In this document: positions 47,314 to 58,084 of the stretch, in pieces | Numbering within the stretch: the first letter of the stretch is position 1 | Layout of the letters: every line of letters begins with the position of its first letter | DNA from: Bacteroidales bacterium | GTDB lineage: Bacteria > Bacteroidota > Bacteroidia > Bacteroidales > UBA932 | NCBI GenBank assembly: GCA_017549145.1 | Contig: JAFYVM010000034.1 | Coordinates: 3,220-67,219 of the forward strand | Direction: 5' to 3' | Length of the DNA: 64,000 nt | Notes under the pieces: model-generated | The model's database searches: none | Seen by the model: only the letters and a program-made list of their open reading frames with translations | Told to the model about the DNA's origin: nothing | Position numbers and translations under genes: made by a program

Positions 47314-48639
47314 TTATCTGTTGGTTCTTACTGTAGTAGAAGCTCTCATACCACCGCAAGATACTGTATAACCCTGACCGTTTGTCAAGTCGTACATAAA
47401 CGCTACATCAGTCTTAGGGAAGTATGCGCGGTACTGTCCGATTGCTCTATCAGCAGCCTCAGTCAATGATGGATCAGCGTTCTTAGCCTTAACCATATAG
47501 TCAGTTGCTACCCAGAACTTAGCTCTACTTCCGATCTCACCACCACATGGTGCAGAAGCCCAAAGCTGACCGATCAACATATAAGCTTTACCATCAAATG
47601 TATCAGACATATCAATTGCCTTCTCAGCTGCAGAATAAGCCTTACTGTTCATATTGTTATTCATACATACTGAAGCAAGCTCAAACCAATATCCAGCATC
47701 AGTCTCAGTATCTGACTCAGGGCTGTTGATAGCTTCCTCGATATACTTGATAGCGTTTTCAATATCACCCTTAGCAGAATACAATCTGAAGAGATAGTAA
47801 GCTGAAGTGTAAGATGGATCGTGCTTGTAAATTGTATTTACAGCGTTAAGATAAAGGTCGTTATTATTACAATCCTCTGCCTTACCAAGCATTCTAGCGA
47901 TTGACTTGGCAAGATCAAGATCATCTGGATTAGCCTCATACTTAGGAGTGTATGTAGCAAGAAGCTTCTCACAGCTAGCTACACCTGTCTCGATGAAGAG
48001 CTTCTCAAGATCTGAAGCTGACTTCTCAATCAACTTAACCTCAATCTCATTCTTAGTAGGAATCTGTGAAAGGATATTAACATTATTCTCATAAGCGTTC
48101 ATAACGTCATCCTCTGTCAAATCACCCTTCTGATAAAGATCGCAAGCAGCATTGAAGTGGAATACAAAGATATTTGGCTTTGTAGCTGTACCATTCTTTG
48201 CGATAACCTCACCAAGACCCTTGTAAATAGCCTCTGAATCATTCTTCATGTAGTTATACATGTCAAGAGCCATGTTGTTCAAAGAAGAAGTTCTATACTT
48301 AGGCCAAAGATCTACACGCTGCTGGTAAATTACCATAAGAGAGTCAATAAGAGCCTTCTTATGCTCAGCTGTATTAGTAGTCTTTGTAATCTCTCTTCTT
48401 AGAAGGGTAGTTCCGTCTGAAAGAAGTGAGTATCTTGAAGTTGGAGGACAAAGAGCATAAGCCTTTCTCCAGTTAGGAAGAGCAGAATCATAGTTTTTCT
48501 GCTTGTAATACTCAGTGTAGTAAGAAAGATACTTAATACATTCAGCACTATCAGGACCAAATTTTCCCTGTGCAGAAGCGTTGCTGCTGAACAATGCAGA
48601 AGCAACCAAGATTGAAATAAATAATACGATCTTCTTCAT
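47314..48639 (-). CDS. Exported TPR-repeat protein
   Basis: Signal peptide; C...LS.Y, CP, TPR helices, YRAYFP; sits in the coaX-lptC cluster. Confidence 0.8.
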   Translation of the reverse strand: MKKIVLFISILVASALFSSNASAQGKFGPDSAECIKYLSYYTEYYKQKNYDSALPNWRKAYALCPPTSRYSLLSDGTTLLRREITKTTNTAEHKKALIDSLMVIYQQRVDLWPKYRTSSLNNMALDMYNYMKNDSEAIYKGLGEVIAKNGTATKPNIFVFHFNAACDLYQKGDLTEDDVMNAYENNVNILSQIPTKNEIEVKLIEKSASDLEKLFIETGVASCEKLLATYTPKYEANPDDLDLAKSIARMLGKAEDCNNNDLYLNAVNTIYKHDPSYTSAYYLFRLYSAKGDIENAIKYIEEAINSPESDTETDAGYWFELASVCMNNNMNSKAYSAAEKAIDMSDTFDGKAYMLIGQLWASAPCGGEIGSRAKFWVATDYMVKAKNADPSLTEAADRAIGQYRAYFPKTDVAFMYDLTNGQGYTVSCGGMRASTTVRTNR

Positions 48640-48650
48640 ATTTAAATAGT

Positions 48651-49964
48651 TTAATTATATCTAGGTTTCTGGAACCATATGTCGTGAATATTGAATCCTA
48701 CATTAAATGTAGCATATCTTTCACGTATCATATTATTCCTTTTGCTTGCACGCTGACCAAAATCAACTCCCAACGAAATTCCGTTATACCACTTATAAAC
48801 TGGTAGAGTGATACCTAACGTCATACCGATAGAATTAACATTATTTCCATCTAGCTTGTAGTAGGCCTGGTCGTAATAAACACCTGCGCGATAAGCACAT
48901 CTTCTGAAATAGTATCTGACATCATTACGATTTGGAACTATTTCAAATCCTGCTCTGTATGAATTTGAGACGGTAGTAGAAAAGACTGATTCACCAACTG
49001 AAGAGAAGCCTACTGCAGAATCCATACCAGACTTACTCCAATCTGATCTGATATAGTTGATTTCTGCACTCCATTTCTCTCCACCTTTGATAGAAATACC
49101 TACTCCTATCTCATCTGCAAACTGCAATCCAGCCTTCTTCAAAGTATCAACATTATATCCAAGAGTATCGACTACAGATGACTGAGTTGCAAATCTATAA
49201 TCTGTAGCATATCCTCTTACCTTAGAGCCCATTCTATATGTAGCACCAAGTATCATTGATACATTACCACCTAGCTTCTGCTCATACTGAAGACCGAATT
49301 TTCCAGTAATACCTCTTACAGTAAGTTTATTACCACTATTAAGAGATCTGTAAGAAGCATCCGAGAAATTCATATTTGTAACCTTGTCAAGATTACCAAA
49401 CATGAAAAGTACTTCAGCTCCAAGAGACAATCTCTTCCAGAAAGTAACTCCAGCACCAGCAAAAAGCTGATAAACACTACCTATACCATAAGAATCGTAT
49501 GTAATGCTTCCTGTGTTTCCAATTATATTCTTATCTGTAATTACATGAGAAAAGTCATATCCCATATCACTGTAAGGAGTGATACCCACCATAAATGCTG
49601 AAGATTTATAGATAGGAAAACTCATTACAAAATCAGATATATTGAAAGTATTATGTGCTGATTTAATATCTCCCTGCTTGTAAATATTATTACTCTGTGT
49701 GAGACCAAAATTTCCCATAAATGAGAGTGAGTCTCTCGCAGTAACAGCTGCAGGGTTCACAATATTGATAAAACGCTTGTTACGGGTAGCGATTCCGACA
49801 CCACCCATACTCTTATTGTAAGCAGTTCCTTCTTTCGAAATATTACCTATACCGAATACAGAATAAGGAGAATATCCACTATAAGTACCTTCCTGTGCTG
49901 AAGCACAAATACTTATAATAGCAAAAATTACTAGTGTTAATATTCTTTTAATTCCTTTGATCAT
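48651..49964 (-). CDS. Outer-membrane beta-barrel protein (FadL-like)
   Basis: SPYS.FGIG, MGG.GIA, NPAA, G.TPYS..GY, C-terminal WF.KPRYN. Start at 49964 or 49970. Confidence 0.78.
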   Translation of the reverse strand: MIKGIKRILTLVIFAIISICASAQEGTYSGYSPYSVFGIGNISKEGTAYNKSMGGVGIATRNKRFINIVNPAAVTARDSLSFMGNFGLTQSNNIYKQGDIKSAHNTFNISDFVMSFPIYKSSAFMVGITPYSDMGYDFSHVITDKNIIGNTGSITYDSYGIGSVYQLFAGAGVTFWKRLSLGAEVLFMFGNLDKVTNMNFSDASYRSLNSGNKLTVRGITGKFGLQYEQKLGGNVSMILGATYRMGSKVRGYATDYRFATQSSVVDTLGYNVDTLKKAGLQFADEIGVGISIKGGEKWSAEINYIRSDWSKSGMDSAVGFSSVGESVFSTTVSNSYRAGFEIVPNRNDVRYYFRRCAYRAGVYYDQAYYKLDGNNVNSIGMTLGITLPVYKWYNGISLGVDFGQRASKRNNMIRERYATFNVGFNIHDIWFQKPRYN

Positions 49965-50661
49965 ATTCAAATGCTATTAGTGCTAACCCCATAAGTACGA
50001 GATTACAAACTGCAAAGATGCAGTTTTTCATCCGTTTTGCAAAATAATTCGCATCACCGCCTGTGAAAACAGATATATTTTCTGTGTTATTAGACAAATA
50101 GCCATTAATTTCAAATAACATACCTGAAATTACGCCTGATTTTATAGCTGTTTGAACTGAATTTCCTAAAGATGGAACATCGTCATCGAAATCTACTAAA
50201 GGTAAGTTCTTTGAATATCTGTTCAGAGCTTTGAAACGTGTCCTGCAACCAAGGGAAACATTACCTCCGAGGTAATTTCCTTCTGCATCAATTTTATCTA
50301 TAGTCAATGTTGCACCAAAATCAAATATTGTACATCCCTTACCCTTGAAAAGATATCTTGAGGCAATTACTGATGCAGCTCTATCTGGTGTCAGATAAGA
50401 AGGCAGGTTTCTCTCTTTTAATACTTCTTCATTTAGAATTATAAGATGACCACACTCCCCTCTCAGACGCTCGACCTCCTGACTAGAGAAAGATCTTACA
50501 TTACTTATAACCATAATTTCAGGCTTCTGTTTAGAAGTCTGAGATAAAATAAATGATATCTTCTTTTCTCCCTGGTATCTGAAGGTTTTTCCTAATGTCA
50601 TTCCTTCTGCCCAAGATGCCTTAAGAGTAGTATTTCCTATATCTATAAGAAGATTAGCCAT
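49948..50661 (-). CDS. coaX: Type III pantothenate kinase
   Basis: IDIGNT..K, L.PDR, FDFGATLTID, GG.VSLG, TGGDA, LVLMGL. Confidence 0.92.
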   Translation of the reverse strand: MANLLIDIGNTTLKASWAEGMTLGKTFRYQGEKKISFILSQTSKQKPEIMVISNVRSFSSQEVERLRGECGHLIILNEEVLKERNLPSYLTPDRAASVIASRYLFKGKGCTIFDFGATLTIDKIDAEGNYLGGNVSLGCRTRFKALNRYSKNLPLVDFDDDVPSLGNSVQTAIKSGVISGMLFEINGYLSNNTENISVFTGGDANYFAKRMKNCIFAVCNLVLMGLALIAFEYDQRN

Positions 50662-50662
50662 A

Positions 50663-53600
50663 TTAAAGTTTCTTTAATGTTTCGTATGCCTTGGATAAGG
50701 TCTCGATATTTCTTACAAAAATCCTCAACTTATTATCATTCTGCTTCAACTCAAAAAGAGCGGGATGTTTTGACATATTTTCCAACACTCTTGAGAATAC
50801 AGTACTCTTATAATACTGAGACAATGGATTTGATATGAAGAATGCAATTATAACGTTGTTCTTGATTATAATCTTCTCAAATCCTAGTTTCTGTCCAAGC
50901 TGTCTTATCCTTACAATATCAAACAACCTTGAAAGTTCTTCAGGAATAGGACCGAAGCGGTCAGAAAGACGTTCGCTCATCTGCTTAAGTTCCTTTTCAG
51001 AAGTGAGAGAATCAAGTTCCTTATATATTCGGATCTTCTCAGCAGTAAGATCAATGTAAGTATCAGGAATCAATGCAAGCTGATCTGTCTCGATAGTACA
51101 ATCTGAAACAAAACTTTCGTTTGAACTCTTGGTTATAATACCAGTTTCAACTCCAAGTTCCTCCATAGCTTCAGAAAGAATCTTCTGATAAGTCTCAAAT
51201 CCCATATCAGTAATGAAACCGCTTTGCTCGGCGCCTAGAAGATTACCAGCTCCACGTATATCCAGGTCCTGCATGGCAATATTGAATCCGCTTCCAAGGT
51301 CAGAAAAGGCCTCAATAGCTTTCAAGCGACGTCGTGCATCATCTGTGATTGACACTAGAGGAGGTACGATCAGATAACAGAATGCGCGTTTATTTGAACG
51401 TCCTACTCGTCCGCGAAGCTGATGCAGGTCACTTAAACCAATATTCTGTGCCTGATTGATGATAATGGTATTTGCATTCGGCACATCAAGTCCATTCTCA
51501 ATGATAGTCGTACAAAGAAGCATATCATAATCTCCAGCCATAAAGTCAAGGATCTTATTTTCGAGCTGCTTTGCTTCCATCTGACCATGAGCTACGCAAA
51601 TCTTCATATCTGGAATCATCCTATGAAGAATATCCTCTATCGCAGGGAGTTCCTCTACCCTATTATGTACAAAGAACACCTGTCCTCCCCTATTCAATTC
51701 ATAAGTAATGATTTTCTTGATTTCATCATTATCAGAAAGCATAATCTCAGTCTGAACAGGAATTCTGTTAGGCGGAGGAGTATTTATAATGGAGAGGTCT
51801 CTCGCTCCGAGAAGTGAGAACTGGAGAGTTCTTGGAATAGGTGTAGCAGTCAGAGTAAGTGTATCTACAGATGCCTTAAGCTGGCGCAATTTCTCCTTTG
51901 CACTTACTCCAAATTTCTGTTCCTCATCAATAATGAGAAGTCCGAGATCCTTAAACTCGAATCCCTTACCGATAAGTTTATGAGTACCGATAACTATATC
52001 AAGTCTGCCGGACTTAAGCTTTTTCTGAATTTCTGATACTTCCTTGGTAGTCCTTAGTCTGCTGACGTAGTCAATATTACATGGAAAATCCTTAAGTCTG
52101 TTCTTAAATGTCTCGTAATGCTGTAGTGCGAGAATAGTGGTAGGAACAAGAACTACTACCTGTTTACTATCAGCAACTGCCTTAAATGCAGCGCGTACCG
52201 CAACCTCTGTCTTTCCAAATCCCACATCACCACATACAAGTCTATCCATAGGACATGTATCTTCCATATCCCTCTTGACAGCAATCACCGCTTTCTCCTG
52301 GTCTGGAGTATCTTCATACATAAATGAAGACTCTAGCTCCTGTTGGAGATAAGTATCAGCAGAAAAAGCAAAACCTCTGGCTGCCTTCCTTTTCGCGTAT
52401 AGTTGAATGAGATCCTTTGCTATATCCTTAACCTTTGACTTAGTGCTGGTCTTAAGGTTCTGCCATGCCTTTGAGCCTAGTTTATGAATTTTTGGAGGTT
52501 CAGAATCCTTACCCTTATAACGAGATATCTTATGCAGCGCATGAACAGACACGAACACCACATCATTATCCTTATAAGTCAACTTCACCACCTCATGCAT
52601 TCTTCCCCTATCATCCTTCATTCTCACAAGTCCACCAAAGATTCCCACTCCATAATCCATATGAACAATATAGTCACCTATAGCAAAGGAAGTAAGATCA
52701 TTAATGGTCAACTGTTCACTCTTTTCAACTGTACGACGAATATTTACACGATGGAATCTATCGAATATCTCATGATCGCTATAACAGCAAATCTTATTTT
52801 CGTTGTCTATAAATCCATTATGAATATTACACTCTGCTACGAATTCAGGCATTAATCCCCCATTCTGCGAAAGTATTGACTGAAGACGTTCGAGTTGAGA
52901 CCTCTTTTCTCCGTAAATTCTGACTCTATACCCTTTCTCAATATGAGTTCTGATATCTTCAGTAAGAAGTTCAAAATTCTTATTAAAGACTGGTTGAGGA
53001 ACGATATTAAATTTTATTGTTTCTTCATCCTGGCGCGACAAAGGAACCTCCATATATATATTTCGGAATTCCTTCAACTCACTGAAGAATTCCTTATCCT
53101 TGTACATATCAGAAGAATCTAACCAGATCAGGGCATCCTTAGGAAGCATCTGCATGACACTACATTCCTCTACCTCATCAGATTCCTTACATATATCAGG
53201 ATATATCTCAACAGATTCTACCTTATCCTTAGAAAGCTGAGTATTACAGTCGAAAACATTTATAGACTCAATCTCATCTCCAAAAAATGAAACTCGGAAA
53301 GGATTATTGAATGAATAAGAAAATATATCAATAAGGGCACCTCTTACTGCAAATTGTCCAGGTTCCCCAACAAAATCCACTCTTTCAAATCCGTTTTCAA
53401 AAAGAGTATTTATAATAGTATCATAAGGTATTTCATCTCCTACAGAAAGTTTCAGGAGCTGTTCCTTGATATTCTTTCCAGACGGCACACCCTCGGATAA
53501 GGCTGAAGGGTAAGTGACAATATAAAGAGACTCCCCTGCCTTATACTCAAGTATCTTTCCTATAGCAGAAGTTCTCTGTACACTCAAAGATGATTTATAG

Positions 53601-53851
53601 TTACTACGTTCAAGGTTACGTCCGGAATCAGGAAGGAAAAACACATTATCACCTTTTATCAGGCTATATAAATCTGAAGCGCAATATTCAGCGGAATCTC
53701 TATCCGGTAACACGATCATCTGGAATCCTTGATGATCAAGTTGGGATACAACCATCCATCTGGCAGATAAAAATAAGCCAGAACAGAAGACCTCTCTACA
53801 CTTTTCAACTCTTTCTGCAATCTGTGTTACAGAATTTGAACTTATTAACAT
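50663..53851 (-). CDS. mfd: Transcription-repair coupling factor
   Basis: UvrB-like region (FAVRG), CarD-like VHMDYGVG, GDVGFGKTEV, DEEQKFGV, TATPIPRTL, QLRGRVGRS, TRCF domain. Confidence 0.98.
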   Translation of the reverse strand: MLISSNSVTQIAERVEKCREVFCSGLFLSARWMVVSQLDHQGFQMIVLPDRDSAEYCASDLYSLIKGDNVFFLPDSGRNLERSNYKSSLSVQRTSAIGKILEYKAGESLYIVTYPSALSEGVPSGKNIKEQLLKLSVGDEIPYDTIINTLFENGFERVDFVGEPGQFAVRGALIDIFSYSFNNPFRVSFFGDEIESINVFDCNTQLSKDKVESVEIYPDICKESDEVEECSVMQMLPKDALIWLDSSDMYKDKEFFSELKEFRNIYMEVPLSRQDEETIKFNIVPQPVFNKNFELLTEDIRTHIEKGYRVRIYGEKRSQLERLQSILSQNGGLMPEFVAECNIHNGFIDNENKICCYSDHEIFDRFHRVNIRRTVEKSEQLTINDLTSFAIGDYIVHMDYGVGIFGGLVRMKDDRGRMHEVVKLTYKDNDVVFVSVHALHKISRYKGKDSEPPKIHKLGSKAWQNLKTSTKSKVKDIAKDLIQLYAKRKAARGFAFSADTYLQQELESSFMYEDTPDQEKAVIAVKRDMEDTCPMDRLVCGDVGFGKTEVAVRAAFKAVADSKQVVVLVPTTILALQHYETFKNRLKDFPCNIDYVSRLRTTKEVSEIQKKLKSGRLDIVIGTHKLIGKGFEFKDLGLLIIDEEQKFGVSAKEKLRQLKASVDTLTLTATPIPRTLQFSLLGARDLSIINTPPPNRIPVQTEIMLSDNDEIKKIITYELNRGGQVFFVHNRVEELPAIEDILHRMIPDMKICVAHGQMEAKQLENKILDFMAGDYDMLLCTTIIENGLDVPNANTIIINQAQNIGLSDLHQLRGRVGRSNKRAFCYLIVPPLVSITDDARRRLKAIEAFSDLGSGFNIAMQDLDIRGAGNLLGAEQSGFITDMGFETYQKILSEAMEELGVETGIITKSSNESFVSDCTIETDQLALIPDTYIDLTAEKIRIYKELDSLTSEKELKQMSERLSDRFGPIPEELSRLFDIVRIRQLGQKLGFEKIIIKNNVIIAFFISNPLSQYYKSTVFSRVLENMSKHPALFELKQNDNKLRIFVRNIETLSKAYETLKKL

Positions 53852-54100
53852 TTAAGTGCGTTTTTTAGTTGAAAACCGGTTAATAACCCTGTTAATAACT
53901 ATTAAAAACTAAATTAGATTTTAAGAATCTTCTGTATATCCCTTGGCGAAATTGAAATCTCAAAATTATTTAGAATATTTTTTCGAGAAACTTTGCCATA
54001 GGTTTATTAACAGATATCAACATCATAAAAACCTGATTTACAGAGAACTTTTTATGTTTTCAACATATTAACAGCTAAATTATCATCATCTATTTATAAA
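53842..54100. promoter_or_regulatory. Putative chromosomal replication origin (oriC)
   Basis: Eight DnaA-box-like 9-mers (TTATTAACA x3 and variants) in an AT-rich divergent intergenic region where strand bias flips. Confidence 0.65.
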
Positions 54101-54138
54101 AATATAGATATCTTTGTATATGATAATTTTTATTGAAA

Positions 54139-55167
54139 ATGGCGACTGATTTCGATCCCCATAATATCAACGAGGGCAAAGATAATGATTTGGATGGAAT
54201 TATACGTCCTCAAGACCTGCGAGACTTTACCGGGCAGGATAAGATAGTTTCTAACCTTAAAATATTTGTAGCTGCGGCTAAGATGAGAGGTGAGGCACTT
54301 GATCATTGTCTCTTTCATGGCCCTCCCGGTCTAGGTAAAACCACACTTGCACATATTATAGCAAATGAATTGGGAGTGAATATGAAGGTCACTTCCGGAC
54401 CTATTTTGGATAAACCAGGAGATCTTGCCGGACTTTTGACATCACTTGAGGAGGGAGATGTTCTCTTTATTGATGAAATCCATAGACTTTCTCCTGTAGT
54501 AGAGGAATATCTTTACTCTGCTATGGAAGACTTTGTCATAGATATCATGATAGATAAGGGTCCTGGAGCTCGTTCTGTACGTATAGGACTTAATCCTTTT
54601 ACTCTAGTGGGTGCAACAACCCGCAGTGGTCTTTTGACATCTCCTCTCAGAGCACGCTTCGGTATTAACTGTGCGATGGAGTATTATGATACTGATACTC
54701 TCGTTAAAATTGTAAAGAGAAGCGCAGATATATTAAAGGTAGGAATCGACCATGAAGCTGCTCTTGAAATAGCTCTTAGAAGTAGAGGTACTCCACGTAT
54801 TGCCAACTCACTTCTTAGAAGAGTTCGTGACTTTGCTCAAGTTATGGGAAATGGTCATGTCGATCTTAAGATAGCAAGGTATGCTCTGGATGCTTTGAAT
54901 ATAGACAAGAGGGGATTGGATGCTATTGATAATAAGATACTTAAGACTATTATTACAAAATTCAAGGGAGGCCCGGTTGGAGCAAATACAATCGCTACAG
55001 CAGTAGGTGAAGATCAGGGAACTTTAGAAGAAGTTTATGAACCGTTCTTGATAAAAGAAGGTTTTATTGTACGAACTCCGAGAGGTAGGGAAGTGACAGA
55101 ACTTGCCTATCGACACCTTGGCTTGGAGAAAAATAATATAAACCTGGATGATCCTTCTCTGTTCTAA
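54139..55167 (+). CDS. ruvB: Holliday junction branch migration helicase RuvB
   Basis: [46 protein letters not shown]. Promoter TATCTTTG at 54109-54116. Confidence 0.98.
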   Translation: MATDFDPHNINEGKDNDLDGIIRPQDLRDFTGQDKIVSNLKIFVAAAKMRGEALDHCLFHGPPGLGKTTLAHIIANELGVNMKVTSGPILDKPGDLAGLLTSLEEGDVLFIDEIHRLSPVVEEYLYSAMEDFVIDIMIDKGPGARSVRIGLNPFTLVGATTRSGLLTSPLRARFGINCAMEYYDTDTLVKIVKRSADILKVGIDHEAALEIALRSRGTPRIANSLLRRVRDFAQVMGNGHVDLKIARYALDALNIDKRGLDAIDNKILKTIITKFKGGPVGANTIATAVGEDQGTLEEVYEPFLIKEGFIVRTPRGREVTELAYRHLGLEKNNINLDDPSLF

Positions 55168-55258
55168 AAAATATCAACATTAAAACGACCTTATTTTAAT
55201 TGGTAAAGTCATTTTAATTCCGTAAAATTGTGCCGAAATTTCAATAACTCTATATAAA

Positions 55259-57205
55259 ATGGCCGAAAAACTTATTTCTAAGATTCCTGAGGGACCTTTG
55301 TCAGAGAAATGGACAAAGCATAAATCTCAGATTCGTGTTGTCAGCCCTGGCAACAAAAGAAAACTAGAAGTCATTGTTGTTGGTACAGGTCTCGGTGGAG
55401 CGTCTGCAGCTGCTTCACTTGGTGAACTTGGTTACAACGTAAAGGTATTCTGCATCAGCGATTCACCTCGTCGTGCTCACTCTATCGCAGCACAGGGTGG
55501 TATCAATGCAGCTAAGAACTACCAGAATGACAATGACTCTGTCTATCGTCTTTTCTATGATACCATCAAAGGTGGTGACTATCGTGCACGTGAAGCCAAT
55601 GTGTATCGTCTTGCTGAGGTCAGCAACAATATCATTGACCAGTGCGTAGCACAGGGTGTTCCTTTCGCAAGGGAATACGGCGGACTTCTCGCCAACCGTT
55701 CTTTTGGAGGTGCGCAGGTTAGCCGTACCTTCTACGCCCGTGGTCAAACCGGACAGCAGCTTCTTCTTGGAGCTTATGCTGCTCTCAACCGTCAGATCGC
55801 AGCTGGTACAGTGAAGAGCTATCCACGTTATGAGATGCTTGATGTAGTTCTCATCAACGGTGAGGCTAAGGGTATCATTGCAAGAAATCTTGTGACCGGA
55901 AAGATCGAAAGATTCGGCGCACACGCAGTGGTTATTGCAACTGGTGGTTACGGAAATGCATACTTCCTTTCTACGAACGCTATGAACAGTAACGGTTCTG
56001 CAGCAATGCAGTGCTACAGAAAGGGAGCATTCTTCGCAAACCCATGTTTCGCACAGATTCACCCTACATGTATCCCGGTTCACGGAGATCAGCAGTCTAA
56101 GCTTACTCTTATGTCAGAGTCACTCCGTAACGACGGACGTATCTGGGTACCTAAGAATATGGAGGATGTCAAGGCTCTCCGCGCTGGTACTAAGAAGCCT
56201 TCAGACATCGCTGAGGAGGATCGCGACTACTATCTCGAGCGTCGTTACCCTGCATTCGGTAACCTCGTACCACGTGACGTAGCTTCACGTGCTGCCAAGG
56301 AGCGTTGCGATGCTGGTTACGGTGTAAACAACACAGGACTTGCTGTATTCCTTGATTTCAAGACAGCTATCGAGCGTCTTGGTAAGGATGTGATTGCAGC
56401 TCGTTATGGTAACCTCTTCCAGATGTATGAGAAGATTACTGACGTTAACCCATACGAGGAGCCAATGATGATTTACCCTGCAATCCACTACACAATGGGT
56501 GGTATCTGGGTAGACTACAACCTTATGACTACAGTTCCTGGTCTTTACGCTATCGGTGAGGCTAACTTCTCTGATCATGGTGGAAACCGTCTTGGTGCTT
56601 CTGCTCTTATGCAGGGTCTTGCTGACGGATACTTCATCCTCCCTTACACTATCGGAGATTACCTCGCAGCTAAGTTCAAGGAGCCTAAGACTGACGTAAA
56701 TGCACCTGAGTTCGACGAGGCTGAGAAGGCAGTTAATGATAAGATTGCCAAGCTTTTCGCTGTTAAGGGTAAGAGATCAGTTGACTCATTCCACAAGGAG
56801 CTTGGTCTTATCATGTGGAACAATGTCGGAATGGCTCGTAACGAGGCAGGTCTTAAAGAGGCAATCGAGAAGATTCAGGCACTTAAGAAGGAATTCTGGC
56901 AGAATGTATACGTAGCAGGTGAGAATGGTGAGTTCAACCAGGAGCTCGAGAAGGCACTTCGCCTTGTTGATTTCTTCGAAATCGGTGAGCTTATGGCACG
57001 CGATGCACTCAACAGAAACGAGTCTTGCGGAGGTCACTTCCGTGAGGAGATGCAGACTGAAGAGGGTGAGACTAAGCGTGATGACGAGAACTACATGTTC
57101 GTTGCTGCTTGGGAGTACAAGGGCGAAAATGAGGCACCTGAGCTTCACAAGGAGCCACTTGTATACGAGAATATTAAGATAGCTACCAGAAACTATAAAG
57201 ACTAA
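55259..57205 (+). CDS. frdA: Fumarate reductase/succinate dehydrogenase flavoprotein subunit
   Basis: [18 protein letters not shown] (covalent FAD His), [31 protein letters not shown]. Confidence 0.95.
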   Translation: MAEKLISKIPEGPLSEKWTKHKSQIRVVSPGNKRKLEVIVVGTGLGGASAAASLGELGYNVKVFCISDSPRRAHSIAAQGGINAAKNYQNDNDSVYRLFYDTIKGGDYRAREANVYRLAEVSNNIIDQCVAQGVPFAREYGGLLANRSFGGAQVSRTFYARGQTGQQLLLGAYAALNRQIAAGTVKSYPRYEMLDVVLINGEAKGIIARNLVTGKIERFGAHAVVIATGGYGNAYFLSTNAMNSNGSAAMQCYRKGAFFANPCFAQIHPTCIPVHGDQQSKLTLMSESLRNDGRIWVPKNMEDVKALRAGTKKPSDIAEEDRDYYLERRYPAFGNLVPRDVASRAAKERCDAGYGVNNTGLAVFLDFKTAIERLGKDVIAARYGNLFQMYEKITDVNPYEEPMMIYPAIHYTMGGIWVDYNLMTTVPGLYAIGEANFSDHGGNRLGASALMQGLADGYFILPYTIGDYLAAKFKEPKTDVNAPEFDEAEKAVNDKIAKLFAVKGKRSVDSFHKELGLIMWNNVGMARNEAGLKEAIEKIQALKKEFWQNVYVAGENGEFNQELEKALRLVDFFEIGELMARDALNRNESCGGHFREEMQTEEGETKRDDENYMFVAAWEYKGENEAPELHKEPLVYENIKIATRNYKD

Positions 57206-57211
57206 TTTAGT

Positions 57212-57991
57212 ATGGATTTGACATTGAAAGTATGGCGTCAGAAAAACGCCAAGGCTCAAGGACATTTTGAGACCTATCAGGTTAAGAATATTTCCTCTGA
57301 CAGCTCTTTCCTCGAGATGCTCGATATCCTCAATGAGCAGCTTATTGCTGAGGGTGTTGATCCGGTAGCTGTTGAGAAGGGATGCAAGAGCAGTGGTCCT
57401 GTTTCATTCGACCACGACTGCCGCGAGGGTATCTGCGGTGCTTGCTCACTCTATATTAACGGCCGTGCACACGGACCAGATGATGAAGTTACAACTTGCC
57501 AGCTCCACATGCGTAAGTTCAAGGATGGTGACACTATCACTATCGAGCCTTGGAGAGCTAAGGGATTCCCAGTAATCAAGGATCTCGTTGTTGACCGTCA
57601 GGCATACGATAAGATCCTTCAGGCAGGTGGATACGTTTCAGTAAGAACAGGTGGTGTTCCTGATGGAAACGTTATTCCAATCCCATACGAGAAGGCTGAG
57701 GAGTCTATGGATGGTGCAGCTTGTATCGGTTGCGGTGCTTGTGCAGCTACATGTAAGAACGGTTCTGCAATGCTTTTCGTTGCTGCTCGCGTAAGTTCAC
57801 TTGCTCTTCTCCCACAGGGTCAGGTTGAGGGTGCTAAGCGTGCTAAGGCAATGGTTGCGAAGATGGATGAGCTCGGATTCGGAGCTTGTACAAACACTCG
57901 TGCTTGTGAGATGGAGTGCCCTAAGCACATCACAGTTTCACACATTGCACGTCTTAACCGTGAGTTCCTTTGCGCTAAGCTTAAGGACTAA
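57212..57991 (+). CDS. frdB: Fumarate reductase/succinate dehydrogenase iron-sulfur subunit
   Basis: [32 protein letters not shown]. Confidence 0.95.
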   Translation: MDLTLKVWRQKNAKAQGHFETYQVKNISSDSSFLEMLDILNEQLIAEGVDPVAVEKGCKSSGPVSFDHDCREGICGACSLYINGRAHGPDDEVTTCQLHMRKFKDGDTITIEPWRAKGFPVIKDLVVDRQAYDKILQAGGYVSVRTGGVPDGNVIPIPYEKAEESMDGAACIGCGACAATCKNGSAMLFVAARVSSLALLPQGQVEGAKRAKAMVAKMDELGFGACTNTRACEMECPKHITVSHIARLNREFLCAKLKD

Positions 57992-58018
57992 TTGAATTAA
58001 TTTTCAATTATAATACAG

Positions 58019-58047
58019 AGAGGTCACTTTATAGGTGGCCTCTTTTT
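58019..58047 (+). terminator. Terminator of frdAB
   Basis: AGAGGTCAC-N7-GTGGCCTCT-TTTT. Confidence 0.75.
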
Positions 58048-58084
58048 GTTATATTTGCATTATTACAACAAAGAAAAATAAGTT

